Source of the DNA: a virus | Lineage: Duplodnaviria; Caudoviricetes | DNA length: 64,000 bases | Virus record (IMG/VR): IMGVR_UViG_3300025018_000003 | Span: 26,707-90,706 of that record | Strand: one strand, 5' to 3' | In this document: in pieces, positions 8,730 to 19,144 of the stretch | How the letters are laid out: each line of letters begins with the position of its first letter | Position numbering within the stretch: position 1 is the first letter of the stretch | Translations under genes and position numbers: made by a program | Notes under the pieces: generated by a model | Database searches by the model: none | Seen by the model: the letters and a program-made list of their open reading frames with translations, nothing else | What the model was told of the DNA's origin: nothing

Positions 8730-11101
8730 TCGTCTTCGTCCTCATCGTTGTTGTTGGTGATGAGCCCTTTCCGCTTGGAGTTGCGGTAGAGAAGCTCGGG
8801 GTTGTCCATGCCCACCTGTTCCATGATCCAGAGCAGGTCGTCGTCAGGGATGGCGTGCATGTTGATGTAGCGTAGGAGACGCCAGCGCCAAGCGAAGGCC
8901 ACCAGGGTCTTGAAGAGATTCACGATCTCCTGATCCCAGTGGCCCATTTGCATGAGCCGCTCCTTCTGCTGTTCCAGGATCGCTTCCTGGGTTCTGGGAA
9001 TCCATCCAATTCGCGTGTACGAGTTGGAGTAGTTTCTCAGGTCGTTCATCTTCTTTTTGATCGACACAAGGATCGGAATCTGCGTCGTCGTCTGGAAGAC
9101 TTCTGTACCGACTGGCCAGGCTCTCGTCAGGAGCTGAGCCGTCAACCATCGCCTCCAGAAACCAGAAGGTGAGTTCATGAAGGCCTTCACATGGATGCAC
9201 CTGGGAATCTCATCGAGAACCCGCATGGTGTCCTGCGCTACCTTTACGACGATCACTTTCTGCTTAAGGAGGTTCCAGCGACCTTCGGTATCGTACCTCA
9301 TCTGACTCACTGCGAACTGCGCCGCGAGGAGCAGATCGTGGTCTTCAGAGCCACCATAAATGAAGGTGCCCTTGTGCTTCTCCACATCGCCGATGGTGGT
9401 GTTGTGGATAAAGTATCGGGCCGCGCTGTTGTATCCTTCCAGCACCAGCGGTCTCAGGGTCAAGGGCATTTTGGCTCTGATCACCACCTGTTCCTTCGGT
9501 ATCTTGGATGCGCCTTGACGACGCAGCTTGGAACGCTCACGGAGCTTCTCCGACCACTCATCAGGGATCTGGATGTCATCGTAGACACCCTGGGACTTGT
9601 CGAGGAGGAACTCCTCGATCTCCAATAGGGTGGCCACGAAGTCCATTCTCTCCTGATCGTTGGCCCAGTTCGACTTTCCGCCGAGTTGCCAGTGACCGAA
9701 AGAGATACTCTTGATCGAAGGATCATCAGGATCGAAGCTGAACCTGCGCTTCACGAGGTAAAAGCTGTGGAGTCCCATCCCCTCGTTGAGGTACGAGTTG
9801 ATGTTCGGCTTGGAGACGTTGTCCACAGTGAGCAGGAAGGCCTTGTCTTCAAGCAGCAATCTGAAGAGGTCAGTACCGTAGTACTTCGTCTTGCTGGTTC
9901 GGCCATCTTCCACGAGCTTCGTGATTTCCCACGCGTAGAGTGGGTCTTTCATCACGAAGGGATGATCAGGCCACACCACTTCCATCTTGAGGATGTTGTT
10001 GACGTGCGGGATGACCACCCCGTTCGGAAGCTTCAGAGAAGAAGACTGGGTCTGGGCCCGGGCAGTGATGAACTGCTCCGCGGTCTTGATGTCAGCAAAC
10101 TGACTGTCCCAGATGTCCTGAAGCTCCTGCTTGGCCTCTTCGAAGCGCTGCTTGATGATCTCCTTGGAGTCCTTCGTATACTCGATAGACTCCCTGTTCC
10201 ACACCACCGGCAGCTCGCCGATGTCGAAGTACAGACCGATGGGCACACGACCCTCCGAGTAGGAGGAGAGGCCCAGGGCGATGAAGTCCAGCGGGTAGTA
10301 AACCTTCCCGAGGCAGATGTGCATCTGATCGACCACCTGGTCATTGCGGTAGACGAAGTGTTTCCCGCGGTAGACAGTGGTGTCCTTCAGATCCAGGCCG
10401 ATGATGGTGAAGCCGTCGAAGTACCGCAACTGGGTTGTCACAGACTTCCGGAATTCCCCATAGTCGGTCTCTGTCTCGATGGGCACGATGACTTCAGTGC
10501 CATTGGCCCGTCGGTCAGGAAACTGTCCGATCAGCTCCAGGCGAGGAGCAGTGGCACCTGAGTGGATCAGGTACTCGTACCTGGTACCGAAGAACCAGGT
10601 ATTCATCTGGAAGGCGTTGGTGTAGCCCAGAGGACTCTTGCTTCCCAGACCGAAAGCTCCGATGAAGTCGTTGCTGGCACGCTTCGTTGAGGAAAAGAAC
10701 TTCGTCATGATGTTCTTCATCCTGCTCGGGGAGATGCCTACCCCGTAGTCACGGAAGATGATCTTCCGGTCAGTGCTTCCCAGTCCGCGTGGTGAGACCA
10801 GTTCGATCTCAATGTCGCGCTCCTTCCACTTGCTGAAGTGCGCTCTCAACGAGTCCAGGTCCCCGGTATACCCGAGGGCTCTCAGCTCGTCGTCAGACAT
10901 CTTGGGAATCGCCATCGCTTCACGGTGAGCATCGAAGGAGTTCGAGGCTACCTCACGGACGATGGCATCGATGGGCTTGGCGTACTGGTAGAAGGCCCTG
11001 ATGGCCATCCCCATACCTTCTGCAGCGATGCCGTAATCCTGTCCCTGGAGGTCGTCTCCATCGGTCAGAATTTCAGCATCGACCATATGGTCAAGCTTCA
11101 T
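8726..11101 (-). CDS. rIIA-like protein with N-terminal GHKL (Hsp90-like) ATPase domain
   Basis: REVASNSFDA, DYGVGISP, STKR...GAFGLGSKSP and NGTEV motifs. Confidence 0.85.
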   Translation of the reverse strand: MKLDHMVDAEILTDGDDLQGQDYGIAAEGMGMAIRAFYQYAKPIDAIVREVASNSFDAHREAMAIPKMSDDELRALGYTGDLDSLRAHFSKWKERDIEIELVSPRGLGSTDRKIIFRDYGVGISPSRMKNIMTKFFSSTKRASNDFIGAFGLGSKSPLGYTNAFQMNTWFFGTRYEYLIHSGATAPRLELIGQFPDRRANGTEVIVPIETETDYGEFRKSVTTQLRYFDGFTIIGLDLKDTTVYRGKHFVYRNDQVVDQMHICLGKVYYPLDFIALGLSSYSEGRVPIGLYFDIGELPVVWNRESIEYTKDSKEIIKQRFEEAKQELQDIWDSQFADIKTAEQFITARAQTQSSSLKLPNGVVIPHVNNILKMEVVWPDHPFVMKDPLYAWEITKLVEDGRTSKTKYYGTDLFRLLLEDKAFLLTVDNVSKPNINSYLNEGMGLHSFYLVKRRFSFDPDDPSIKSISFGHWQLGGKSNWANDQERMDFVATLLEIEEFLLDKSQGVYDDIQIPDEWSEKLRERSKLRRQGASKIPKEQVVIRAKMPLTLRPLVLEGYNSAARYFIHNTTIGDVEKHKGTFIYGGSEDHDLLLAAQFAVSQMRYDTEGRWNLLKQKVIVVKVAQDTMRVLDEIPRCIHVKAFMNSPSGFWRRWLTAQLLTRAWPVGTEVFQTTTQIPILVSIKKKMNDLRNYSNSYTRIGWIPRTQEAILEQQKERLMQMGHWDQEIVNLFKTLVAFAWRWRLLRYINMHAIPDDDLLWIMEQVGMDNPELLYRNSKRKGLITNNNDEDEDE

Positions 11102-11155
11102 GATTCAGTGTCCTTAATTGTGGTCAGTGGGTGTACACCATTGGGGGCAGGCATA

Positions 11156-11199
11156 GCGGTAGTGAACAGATTCACTGGATGTGGGCTGTCCACTACCGC
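11156..11199 (-). terminator. 14-bp intergenic hairpin (terminator or processing site)
   Basis: GCGGTAGTGGACAG / CTGTTCACTACCGC with one G-U pair on the minus strand; no U tract. Confidence 0.5.
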
Positions 11200-11205
11200 A
11201 TACAC

Positions 11206-11907
11206 CTACCATTCGATAGGGCTGATACCGGCCTCCTCCAGGAAGGCGTTGGCCTTGGAGAAGGGCTTGCTTCCGAAGAAGCCGCGATGGGCCGACAACG
11301 GGCTTGGATGAGGGGACCGAATGGCCAGATGAGTGTGCCAGTCAGTCTCCAAGCTGTCGACCATGTTCTCGGCATGCTTGCCCCAAAGGATGAACACAGT
11401 GGGTCGAATTCCGTCTATCACGTCCTGCAGTACCGCAGAGGTGAACTGCTCCCACCCAATGTTGGCGTGTGAAGCCGCCTGCCCTGACCTGACGGTGAGA
11501 GCAGTGTTCAGCAACAGCACGCCCTGCTCTGCCCATCTGGACAGATCCGGGTTCGGATACGGCTCACGGAAACCAAGATCATCCTCAAGCTCCCTGAAGA
11601 TATTCTTGAGGGAAGGAGGTAGCTTGGAGGAGTCCGTGTTCGCAGGTACAGAGAAGGCGAGGCCGGTGGCCAAGCCCGGAGTGTGATAGGGATCCTGGCC
11701 GACGATGACGACCTTAACCGACTCTCGGGACGTCAGGATCAGACTCCTGAAGACTTGGTCCGGAGACGGAAAGATCTGCCTGGTCGACCTCTCCTTCCGG
11801 AGTATCGACGACAGCTTCGTCAGGTACGGCTTCTCCCACTCGCTCCACAGACACTGACTCCAGCTGGGGCCCACCAGCTGTGTCGCCAGCTCCTTGGCTC
11901 TGCTCAT
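11206..11907 (-). CDS. ung: Uracil-DNA glycosylase, family 1
   Basis: GQDPYH, GLAFSV, LPPSLKNI, GVLLLN, LWGKHA and HPSPLS motifs. Confidence 0.96.
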   Translation of the reverse strand: MSRAKELATQLVGPSWSQCLWSEWEKPYLTKLSSILRKERSTRQIFPSPDQVFRSLILTSRESVKVVIVGQDPYHTPGLATGLAFSVPANTDSSKLPPSLKNIFRELEDDLGFREPYPNPDLSRWAEQGVLLLNTALTVRSGQAASHANIGWEQFTSAVLQDVIDGIRPTVFILWGKHAENMVDSLETDWHTHLAIRSPHPSPLSAHRGFFGSKPFSKANAFLEEAGISPIEW

Positions 11908-12319
11908 TGGATGCCTCCTCGGCTTCTCGTTCACGGATGTCGGCGATGATCTTCTTCATCCGCTTCAGGGCCGTCTTCCGGAGAAGACGTCCGCCGAAGA
12001 AGGACTGGCGGCCTTCGAGATACTCCTCGATGGCATCGATCAGGTTGTCCCGATCATTCATCATCTCGGTGCCGAGCTTGACAGCCTCGTTGAACTGCTG
12101 CTGAATCTGCTGCGTCTGACGCATCGAGTTCCAGAGGCCGTACTGAAGGCTGATTGCGGTGAACCGCACGGCGTCCAGGCGATCCTTGAACATCGCAGAT
12201 CCCGCGGCCATGGCCTGCGCGAGCTGGTTGCTCTTGTCCTCCTGGAGAGACGCCCAATCCCGCTTGAGATCGGACGGGGAGAGACGCTTCTGCGTCTTGG
12301 CAGTGGTGGACTCACTCAT
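11714..12319 (-). CDS. Hypothetical coiled-coil protein; C-terminus overlaps ung
   Basis: ORF MSESTT...; helical composition. Confidence 0.6.
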   Translation of the reverse strand: MSESTTAKTQKRLSPSDLKRDWASLQEDKSNQLAQAMAAGSAMFKDRLDAVRFTAISLQYGLWNSMRQTQQIQQQFNEAVKLGTEMMNDRDNLIDAIEEYLEGRQSFFGGRLLRKTALKRMKKIIADIREREAEEASNEQSQGAGDTAGGPQLESVSVERVGEAVPDEAVVDTPEGEVDQADLSVSGPSLQESDPDVPRVG

Positions 12320-13373
12320 TGTCTTCGTCCTCGTAGATTTCGTCGGGGACATAGGTTTCGTCCCCGAAGTTGTCGTAGGCTTCCCGGGTCATCGCCCACT
12401 TGTTGTGGAGCGTGTGCCACTGGATCTCGGTGAGATACGCATTGACAGTGTGCTCCAGCACTTCGATGGCAAAGTCCGGGATGAGAATGGAACGAGCTTC
12501 GAAGAGACCATTCGTCTGTACCACCATCAGGCGGTACTCGATGGTCCACTCCGCAGTCTCGTCGATGCCGTGCGCGGCCTCCAGGAGAGCACGCACCGCC
12601 TTGGTGTACATCACCGCCTGCTTGTCGTAGCCGTAGATGGGGATGTACCGGTAGAAGGCTGGCCAGGGCTTGGCCGTCGTCTTGACGTCGTAGATCTTGA
12701 CCAACTTCTCCTCGGGAAGGATGATCATCCTGTCGATCATGCCCTTGCAGGCAACCTCGCGGGTACCTTCCTCCGACCAGGGATAAGGAACGGTCTCGGT
12801 CCAGCGGATCTTGATCTGGTTGAAGACGGTGACTCCGTTGGGAGCCTCCTCGAAATCCACCCCACGGGGATGGTTCTCGATGGCCTGCCGCATCAGCACC
12901 AGCTCGTCCTTGTCCTTCTGGAACAGAACCACGCGACCTTTTACGGTACGCATGAAAGAGATGTACTGCTTCAGGTCGGAGAAGAGGGCGTCTGCAGCCT
13001 TCTCCACCGCCTCATCCTTCTTGCCGTCGAGCTTGTACCCGCAGAGGCGGTAGGCTTCCACATGGTTCATCTCCGGGTTGGCCGTCAGGATCTCGCAGAA
13101 CGTCTGCTGCTGCGTGGAGCTGGAGCTGGGAGTGGCTTCGAACTCCGGCTGCACGACGTAGAGGTCGTCGAACTGATCCGGCGTGAGAAAGAAGACGTCG
13201 AAGGCGGAGCCTGTCCGGAAGCCAGACGACGTGATGCCGTCGCCTCCTTCGAACTTTGCCTTGTAGTACTTCAGCGGGGACTGGATGAACAGCCCGATGT
13301 CTGAAGTGGAGACAGCAGGGTCGAGACGGTAAGCCTCTTCCGTGGTATCGAGAATCTGAGCTTGCGTGTTCAT
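12312..13373 (-). CDS. PD-(D/E)XK exonuclease (RecE/exonuclease VIII-like)
   Basis: STSDI...SP, ACKGMIDR, IYDVKTT and YDKQAVMY motifs. Confidence 0.82.
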   Translation of the reverse strand: MNTQAQILDTTEEAYRLDPAVSTSDIGLFIQSPLKYYKAKFEGGDGITSSGFRTGSAFDVFFLTPDQFDDLYVVQPEFEATPSSSSTQQQTFCEILTANPEMNHVEAYRLCGYKLDGKKDEAVEKAADALFSDLKQYISFMRTVKGRVVLFQKDKDELVLMRQAIENHPRGVDFEEAPNGVTVFNQIKIRWTETVPYPWSEEGTREVACKGMIDRMIILPEEKLVKIYDVKTTAKPWPAFYRYIPIYGYDKQAVMYTKAVRALLEAAHGIDETAEWTIEYRLMVVQTNGLFEARSILIPDFAIEVLEHTVNAYLTEIQWHTLHNKWAMTREAYDNFGDETYVPDEIYEDEDNE

Positions 13374-13990
13374 GATATTGGGTTGAAGTGGCCCTTCCAC
13401 AAGTCGTGATCCCGAAGGACAGGGCGGTCATCCTGATAGAACCTGAAGACGAACTTGCGATCATCGAAGTCGTCAACAGGCACTAGAATAGGTGCCGCAG
13501 GACTGGTGACGAATTGGACGGAATCATCAGGAATGATCCCTTCCGCGGTCATCGTGTCCTCGAAGTACTTGTAGTAGAACCAGAAATTGGACATGTCGAA
13601 GTTCGCCGGGTCCACCGTAGTCCAGAACTCCCACTTCACGCGGAGAGGGAAGACCTGGAACGGCTTCATCTGGCGAACAAAAGGGCGGTAGAAGTCCTTG
13701 AGGGCTGTCGAGATACGGTTCCGGATGTGAGGTGTTGAGTACCCGGAAGTGATCTTGTTGCCTGACAGGACTTCGAACTTGGGTGTACCAGCGGCACGAG
13801 GGTTCTTCAGCACCCGATTACCTTCAGGATCCAGTAGGAATCCCTTGGCATCGAAGCTGAAGCCCGGCTTCTGATACTTCTTGGGCAGATCTTCCCCTTG
13901 TCGAAGGTACTTGGCCCGGCGTGCTTTCGAAATCTGCACGCGAGTGATGTACCTGGGGATGACCAGCTCTGTGATCAGAACTGATTCCAT
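13370..13990 (-). CDS. RusA-like Holliday junction resolvase (crAss type)
   Basis: NFDMSN..YYKYFED...IIPDDS pattern; located in the replication block. Confidence 0.6.
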   Translation of the reverse strand: MESVLITELVIPRYITRVQISKARRAKYLRQGEDLPKKYQKPGFSFDAKGFLLDPEGNRVLKNPRAAGTPKFEVLSGNKITSGYSTPHIRNRISTALKDFYRPFVRQMKPFQVFPLRVKWEFWTTVDPANFDMSNFWFYYKYFEDTMTAEGIIPDDSVQFVTSPAAPILVPVDDFDDRKFVFRFYQDDRPVLRDHDLWKGHFNPIS

Positions 13991-15033
13991 GACCAGGAGG
14001 TGTCGGGTTTGAGACCCAGCTCAGAGGCAGCTCGTGCCAGAAGAGCTTCCGTTGCAGAGAACGAGTTGTCCCGGATGTAGTCCGAGATGTCCTTGGCTCC
14101 GTAGTCCACACTGCCAAACCTCCCATTCGTGAGGAAGAGAGGAGGGATTCCGTACACTCGCTTGAGCTTCTGGGCTCCGTTGATCCCGGCGTAGTCGAAG
14201 TCGTAGAGGCTGACGATCTTGTTGAATCGTCCCCTCAACTCATCGATGATCTCCGGGTAGGGAAATGTGGTCTCAGATTGCATGGAGATGGCTGGGACTC
14301 CGAAGAGATCCAGCACCATGACGTCCTTCAGGGACTTCGTGATGACGAGCGCCTCCCCCGACTTGGGGAGCTGAACCCACCCCGCAATGCGGTTGGTGTT
14401 TCCCAGAAATCTGGGCCGGTTTGGGTCTCCATGTCGGCGGTAGAAGTAGATCTTCCAGCGCTGGGACTTCATCTCGTCGGTCCCGAAGTAGTAACCAAGG
14501 GCAGGGTCGTTCGCCTGCCGGATGTAGTAAGTCTGACCGCCGACCCAGACATACTTCAGAGAGAAAACCCTGAATTTGTCAGTCTGGGCGGATGTCAGGC
14601 CGTAGGACTGAAGGAAGTCGATGTCCTGCGCAGTGAATTCCTGCACCTTGACCGCGATCTCTTTCTTCCTGCTCTTCTGACTCTCTGGTTGATCCAGGAG
14701 GAACGTGGGCTCCAGTGATGGTTCCACTTCCCAGAGGTCAAGCTCATCTGCTATGTGCCGAAGCGCATCACGGTATGAGAGACGATGCTTGTGTTGCACG
14801 AATCCGAAGACGTCCAAGGCCTCAGGCATGCTCCAGTCCCTGTAGTACAGGCGGCCACCGAAGTAGGCCATGGAGCAGGTGGGGTTCTTGTCGTTTCTCA
14901 GCGGACTCCTGAACCTGGTGGCTAGATTCAGAGGCCTGCCCATGTAGTGCTGGAAGATCTCTTCCTGCGACACTCTGGACAGGATCCACTCTCGTGTCAA
15001 CTCCACAAGGTCTCCCTTCGTCAGGTTCAGCAT
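13975..15033 (-). CDS. DNA primase (DnaG/TOPRIM, crAss type)
   Basis: FRSPLRNDKNPTCS, ITKSLKDVM, YDFDYAG and KDISDY motifs. Confidence 0.88.
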   Translation of the reverse strand: MLNLTKGDLVELTREWILSRVSQEEIFQHYMGRPLNLATRFRSPLRNDKNPTCSMAYFGGRLYYRDWSMPEALDVFGFVQHKHRLSYRDALRHIADELDLWEVEPSLEPTFLLDQPESQKSRKKEIAVKVQEFTAQDIDFLQSYGLTSAQTDKFRVFSLKYVWVGGQTYYIRQANDPALGYYFGTDEMKSQRWKIYFYRRHGDPNRPRFLGNTNRIAGWVQLPKSGEALVITKSLKDVMVLDLFGVPAISMQSETTFPYPEIIDELRGRFNKIVSLYDFDYAGINGAQKLKRVYGIPPLFLTNGRFGSVDYGAKDISDYIRDNSFSATEALLARAASELGLKPDTSWSWNQF

Positions 15034-15048
15034 GTTGGGTCTGTGGAT

Positions 15049-15081
15049 AAGAAGAGGGGGCCCGGCAGCCCGAGCCCCCTC
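15049..15081 (-). terminator. Intrinsic terminator-like hairpin
   Basis: GAGGGGGCTCGG / CCGGGCCCCCTC followed by TTCTT on the minus strand. Confidence 0.6.
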
Positions 15082-15101
15082 CTGGTTCAGCGATGGGTTG
15101 C

Positions 15102-15716
15102 TTAGAACGTGTTGGCTTCCGCGGTGGGAGAGCCTTCCACTTCCGAAGCCTCCGTTGCCGGAGTCTCCAACGCGGCCTTGTAGGCGGCGTTGTCAGCGAT
15201 CTCCCGACGGCTCCACTGCAGCGGCGAGCCCGAGGACTCGTCTGCGATGAATCCGAGGTAGCCCGGGAAGTCCAGGCGAGCCTTGCCGTTGTAGACAGAT
15301 CCGAGGATCTTGCCGGTCACGGTCTTGGTCTTCCAGGACGCCTCCGTGCGCTCCAGGGCCTTCTTGACGTTGGTCGCCAGACCCTGGAAGGACGTCGCGG
15401 CGTTGACGGCGGCCAGCGCCATCTCTTCTCCGCAGAAGTACTTCAGGATGTAGGCGACACGCGTGCGCATCTTGTCAACGCGCTCGTCGTCATTCGAGTC
15501 CTGGGGCTCGAAGATCACATGCTCGTGCTGAAGACCCTTGGCGTCGTCACCCAGCAGCTCGAACGTGAACTGGATGACAGGGTACTTGACCTCGCGGCCA
15601 ACCTCGGACGGGCCCCCCGAGAGGAGCTTCATGGGCCCAAGGTAGGGCTGGGTCGTGCGAGCAGCAAAATCGCTGCCCTTGAGGGCTTCACCGCCCAGTT
15701 GAGTTCCGTATCCCAT
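15102..15716 (-). CDS. Conserved replication-block protein (possible ssDNA-binding protein)
   Basis: Position between the AAA ATPase and primase; acidic tail. Function inferred only. Confidence 0.5.
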   Translation of the reverse strand: MGYGTQLGGEALKGSDFAARTTQPYLGPMKLLSGGPSEVGREVKYPVIQFTFELLGDDAKGLQHEHVIFEPQDSNDDERVDKMRTRVAYILKYFCGEEMALAAVNAATSFQGLATNVKKALERTEASWKTKTVTGKILGSVYNGKARLDFPGYLGFIADESSGSPLQWSRREIADNAAYKAALETPATEASEVEGSPTAEANTF

Positions 15717-15761
15717 TGGATTGATGTACGGTTTGAGTTGAAGGTCTCTGTGAGACCGGGG

Positions 15762-16508
15762 TCAGAACGAGGTGAAGGGATTTTTCACCGGAGCCGGGGC
15801 TTCGGGTGCTGACTCCGGGATGTTCTCCAGGTCGAAGTCGTCACCAGACGTTGCCTCCGTCTCTTCCGTGAAGCCATCGTCTTCTGAGCCGAAGTCGTAG
15901 TTGTCCTGCTCGGCCTCGGTTTCCCCGCTGCCTACCAGTTCCGGCTCCAGCTCGTCGATAGGGACGATGTCGTTCACTTCCTCGGTGACTTCCGCTTCTT
16001 CCGCTTCCGCGGCTACGGCAGCCACCATCTCCGCCGTCTCCTCGTCATCCTCTTCGACGATGGTTTCCACCGTAGTGGTCACCGTCGTCTCCATGGTCTG
16101 ATCGAGAGAGTCGACTTCCACCGAACCATCTTCCCAGGGAGTGATGGCGAGGAACTCGTTCCCCTGCTCATTCTCTCCAAGGTTCGACAGCCGGAAATCG
16201 TTGATGCCCTCGAACTTGCCGTCGAGAAGCGTGCGGAGGCTGTCCGAGGTGAACGACAAGCCCTTGGTCGTCGTGTTGCTACGACGGCGCATGAGCTGGG
16301 CTTCTCCTTCGGGGACGAGCATCAGCACGACATACCCTTCGGGGCTGAGCATCAAGTTGAACCCCTGGTTGTTGAGGTCCAGACGGGCGAACACCACGTC
16401 GGTGACCCGCCACTTCCCGTTGCTGGGAGTGTACTGCAGGTCGTACGTGAGCTTGTTGCGCCGCTTGTGGGCTGACACGGGTGCCAGCTTCGTCAGATCG
16501 ATCTTCAT
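15762..16508 (-). CDS. Hypothetical protein with a long acidic low-complexity C-terminus
   Basis: ORF; Glu/Asp-rich second half. Confidence 0.75.
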   Translation of the reverse strand: MKIDLTKLAPVSAHKRRNKLTYDLQYTPSNGKWRVTDVVFARLDLNNQGFNLMLSPEGYVVLMLVPEGEAQLMRRRSNTTTKGLSFTSDSLRTLLDGKFEGINDFRLSNLGENEQGNEFLAITPWEDGSVEVDSLDQTMETTVTTTVETIVEEDDEETAEMVAAVAAEAEEAEVTEEVNDIVPIDELEPELVGSGETEAEQDNYDFGSEDDGFTEETEATSGDDFDLENIPESAPEAPAPVKNPFTSF

Positions 16509-16532
16509 GTCTCTCTGTGTTGAAGTGATGGA

Positions 16533-17288
16533 TCAGTCTTCGGGAACGAAGATCCGATCCCAGTGAGTGATGACCGACCCATCGGTCTGCAGCTCGGAGA
16601 TCACGATCTCCTGATCCCGCAGGTGAAGGGGCCGGGCACCGGCGATCACAGCCTCGTCCTTGCGCTTGAAGCTCATGATGCCGCGGTTGACGCCGTCCTC
16701 ACCGGTCTCACGGTAGAGACGGGCGATGGCGTCAGCATGGCCGGACATGATGCTTCGCAGCTTGCCGGTGAGGTCGATCTCCACGAAGGAGACTTCCTTG
16801 CCATCCTTCTCCAGGAGCTTCTCACGAAGGTGACCGGAGAGGATGAGGGCTTTCGTCGGGAAGTCCTTGAACCCAAAGACCACGTCTTCGAAAGCCTGAC
16901 GGAGCCAGAGGTATCCGGCACCGTTGGGCAGGTGGAGAACATTGTCCCCCGCGAAGGTGCTGCCCTGCGGCGTGGACTTGTACTTGGCCAGAGCCAGCGG
17001 GAGGACGATGTCCTCAAGCCGGGTGATCGGGTCCAAGGCCACATAGTCGTACCGCGGAGCATCAGGAGCGGACAGAGCCTTCTTGATGTCCCGGAGTTTG
17101 ACCAGGGAGCTACCATCGACCGACATCGCATTCACGAAGTCGGTGCCCCCTTCGAGGTCGATGATCAGGCAGTTCTTGAGTCCTGCCAGGATCGTCGTCT
17201 TGCCAGCCTTGGGGGTCGAGTAGAACATCAGAATCCGGGGATTCTTCGTCTTCGGTTGGCTGGGCTTGGTTGGGAGTACGAGAGTCAT
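16533..17288 (-). CDS. AAA/P-loop ATPase (Sak4-like recombination NTPase)
   Basis: Walker A YSTPKAGKTT, IIDLEGGT, GAGY.WLR and LSGH motifs. Confidence 0.85.
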   Translation of the reverse strand: MTLVLPTKPSQPKTKNPRILMFYSTPKAGKTTILAGLKNCLIIDLEGGTDFVNAMSVDGSSLVKLRDIKKALSAPDAPRYDYVALDPITRLEDIVLPLALAKYKSTPQGSTFAGDNVLHLPNGAGYLWLRQAFEDVVFGFKDFPTKALILSGHLREKLLEKDGKEVSFVEIDLTGKLRSIMSGHADAIARLYRETGEDGVNRGIMSFKRKDEAVIAGARPLHLRDQEIVISELQTDGSVITHWDRIFVPED

Positions 17289-18487
17289 CGTTGGAGATTG
17301 GCTAGTTCGTTGTATTCACGGTCGCCTATCTGATTCGGCTGCACCAGTTCATCGAACTGGCCAACCTCACCGACAAAGCGGAGTCCGACCTGGAAGTCGT
17401 CCATGCCGTAGGAATTCTTCAGGACATGCAGGGAGCGGAATCGGTTGACCCCTTCCTTGCTGACGAGCTTGTGGGCCTGGTAGCCTGCATGCTCGCGCTT
17501 CCCGTACTTCATCGGGTTGAACAGCGCCATGGCGAAGTCAGAGTCTTCGTACATGTTGCTGGCACCCTTGAAGTCACGCTCCTCGGGCTCGATGAATCCT
17601 CGTCGGGAGGTCTCCTGCAGTCCACGGTTGAACTGGTTGATGACCACCGGCGAGAACCCATAGAGGTCTCGGACGATTGACAGATACTCCGACATCTTCT
17701 TGAGCGTCATGCGCTCATCGAAGCCCCTCTCAGTCGAGATGCGGCCTATGTGGTCGATGACCACCAGCGTTATCTGCTTGGGATCGTGAGGCTTGTAGGC
17801 CTTCACGTACTGGCTCAGCTGCGTCACCACACCATCCTGGTTGGCGACGGCCTTCAGCTGGTTCCAGATTCCTGTCGGGTTCTCTGATCCAGGGATGATC
17901 TGGACGACGTCAAGCATCTGCTCGAAGTAGTCCAGAGCCTCTGACACCTTGCTGAAGACGTCATCGCTGATCTTGGATTTCTGCTGACCGAAGCCGAGCA
18001 GGGTAGTGACATCCATCAGGATGCCGTACTTGATCCACAGGTACAGACAGGCCCACTTGCCGATCAGGATCGGGGTAGGTCTCTCCATGTTTCTCACGAT
18101 GATCTTCAGCTTGATGTCGGTCTCTTGCTTCTCGATGGCGTTCTTCCTGTACCAGGCGTAGGGAGACAGGATGAACATCTGGTGTCCAAGCGCAGTCTTG
18201 CCTGTGCCTGAGGCACCACCGAGCAGGTAGTAGCGCTTCTGCGCGATCTGGACGTGCTTGCCGAGCCTTGGCAAGGCCAGCGGGATCCAGACGGCTTCAC
18301 CCTTTCTACCGTGGTCGATGAGAGTCTTCAGGGCCTCCAGATGTGCAACTCCTACGGCTCCACCGGTGGCCCTTCCAGACGTTTGCGGAAGTGGAGTCTC
18401 CTTAGGAGGGGAGAACTCCAGATCCTCAGTGCTGATAGGCTCCGGGTCTTCCCACGGAGGTCTGTCATCTTCTGCCTGAGTACTCAT
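17285..18487 (-). CDS. DnaB-like (SF4) replicative helicase
   Basis: GGASGTGKT, VIDHIG, INQFNRG and DFKGASNMYEDSD motifs. Confidence 0.88.
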   Translation of the reverse strand: MSTQAEDDRPPWEDPEPISTEDLEFSPPKETPLPQTSGRATGGAVGVAHLEALKTLIDHGRKGEAVWIPLALPRLGKHVQIAQKRYYLLGGASGTGKTALGHQMFILSPYAWYRKNAIEKQETDIKLKIIVRNMERPTPILIGKWACLYLWIKYGILMDVTTLLGFGQQKSKISDDVFSKVSEALDYFEQMLDVVQIIPGSENPTGIWNQLKAVANQDGVVTQLSQYVKAYKPHDPKQITLVVIDHIGRISTERGFDERMTLKKMSEYLSIVRDLYGFSPVVINQFNRGLQETSRRGFIEPEERDFKGASNMYEDSDFAMALFNPMKYGKREHAGYQAHKLVSKEGVNRFRSLHVLKNSYGMDDFQVGLRFVGEVGQFDELVQPNQIGDREYNELANLQR

Positions 18488-18488
18488 G

Positions 18489-19109
18489 TCAGATGAGTCT
18501 GTGCTCAGTGACGTCGGGTGATCCCTGATTCTTCAGCTGCATGTGCTGATCGAACATCATGGATCCGACGTACTTAGCGATGTTCATGTTGATGAGCCCG
18601 CGCTTCTTCGCCCAGTCAAGGATCTCCATGACCTGCTTGTGCTTGGCGATAGTGCGGACCCGCTTCTTGTAGAGGACTTCCACCTCCTCCATCACCGTCG
18701 CCTTGAGAGGTATCATCGGGCCACGAGGGCCGTCGAAGTTCTCAACGAAAGACGGATATGATTCCCAGAACTGCTCAAAGCGGTCACCAGACACGAACAC
18801 CTTATCGATGAACTCGTCGGTGACCTGATAGTGGTCTGGATAGGCTTGCCTCTTGCCGTCTGCACCGGTCTTGTTACGGTCCACCATCCAGCCCTTCTTG
18901 ACGAGATCGTCGATCTCATCGAAGGACCAGGTGGTCACCTTCTCCGCGTACCTGTACAGGTTGGCAATCGCAGGCCCGTCTGACACCAGCTTTCCTCCAC
19001 TCTCCTCTCTATCGGTGTAGAGAAGCCAGAGCAGCATCAGCTGGTTGAGTGAGATGTCACACTCGATGAGCAGTGACACCAGATGTCGAGCACTCAATCC
19101 ATTCAACAT
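18489..19109 (-). CDS. Hypothetical replication protein (winged-helix-like N-terminus, FEQFWESYP motif)
   Basis: ORF adjacent to the helicase. Start reassigned to MLNGLS. Confidence 0.6.
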   Translation of the reverse strand: MLNGLSARHLVSLLIECDISLNQLMLLWLLYTDREESGGKLVSDGPAIANLYRYAEKVTTWSFDEIDDLVKKGWMVDRNKTGADGKRQAYPDHYQVTDEFIDKVFVSGDRFEQFWESYPSFVENFDGPRGPMIPLKATVMEEVEVLYKKRVRTIAKHKQVMEILDWAKKRGLINMNIAKYVGSMMFDQHMQLKNQGSPDVTEHRLI

Positions 19110-19144
19110 ACGGGCACCCCGTTTGAGTGATAGATGAGCGCCAG

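Noticed and set aside
11714-11907. 194-nt overlap of the upstream ORF with ung
   Set aside because: The overlapping part is low-complexity acidic sequence, most simply a read-through of a lost stop in a GC-rich frame; no sign of function.
15762-16200. Acidic low-complexity tract
   Set aside because: A common disordered tail in phage replication proteins; no periodic DNA repeat.
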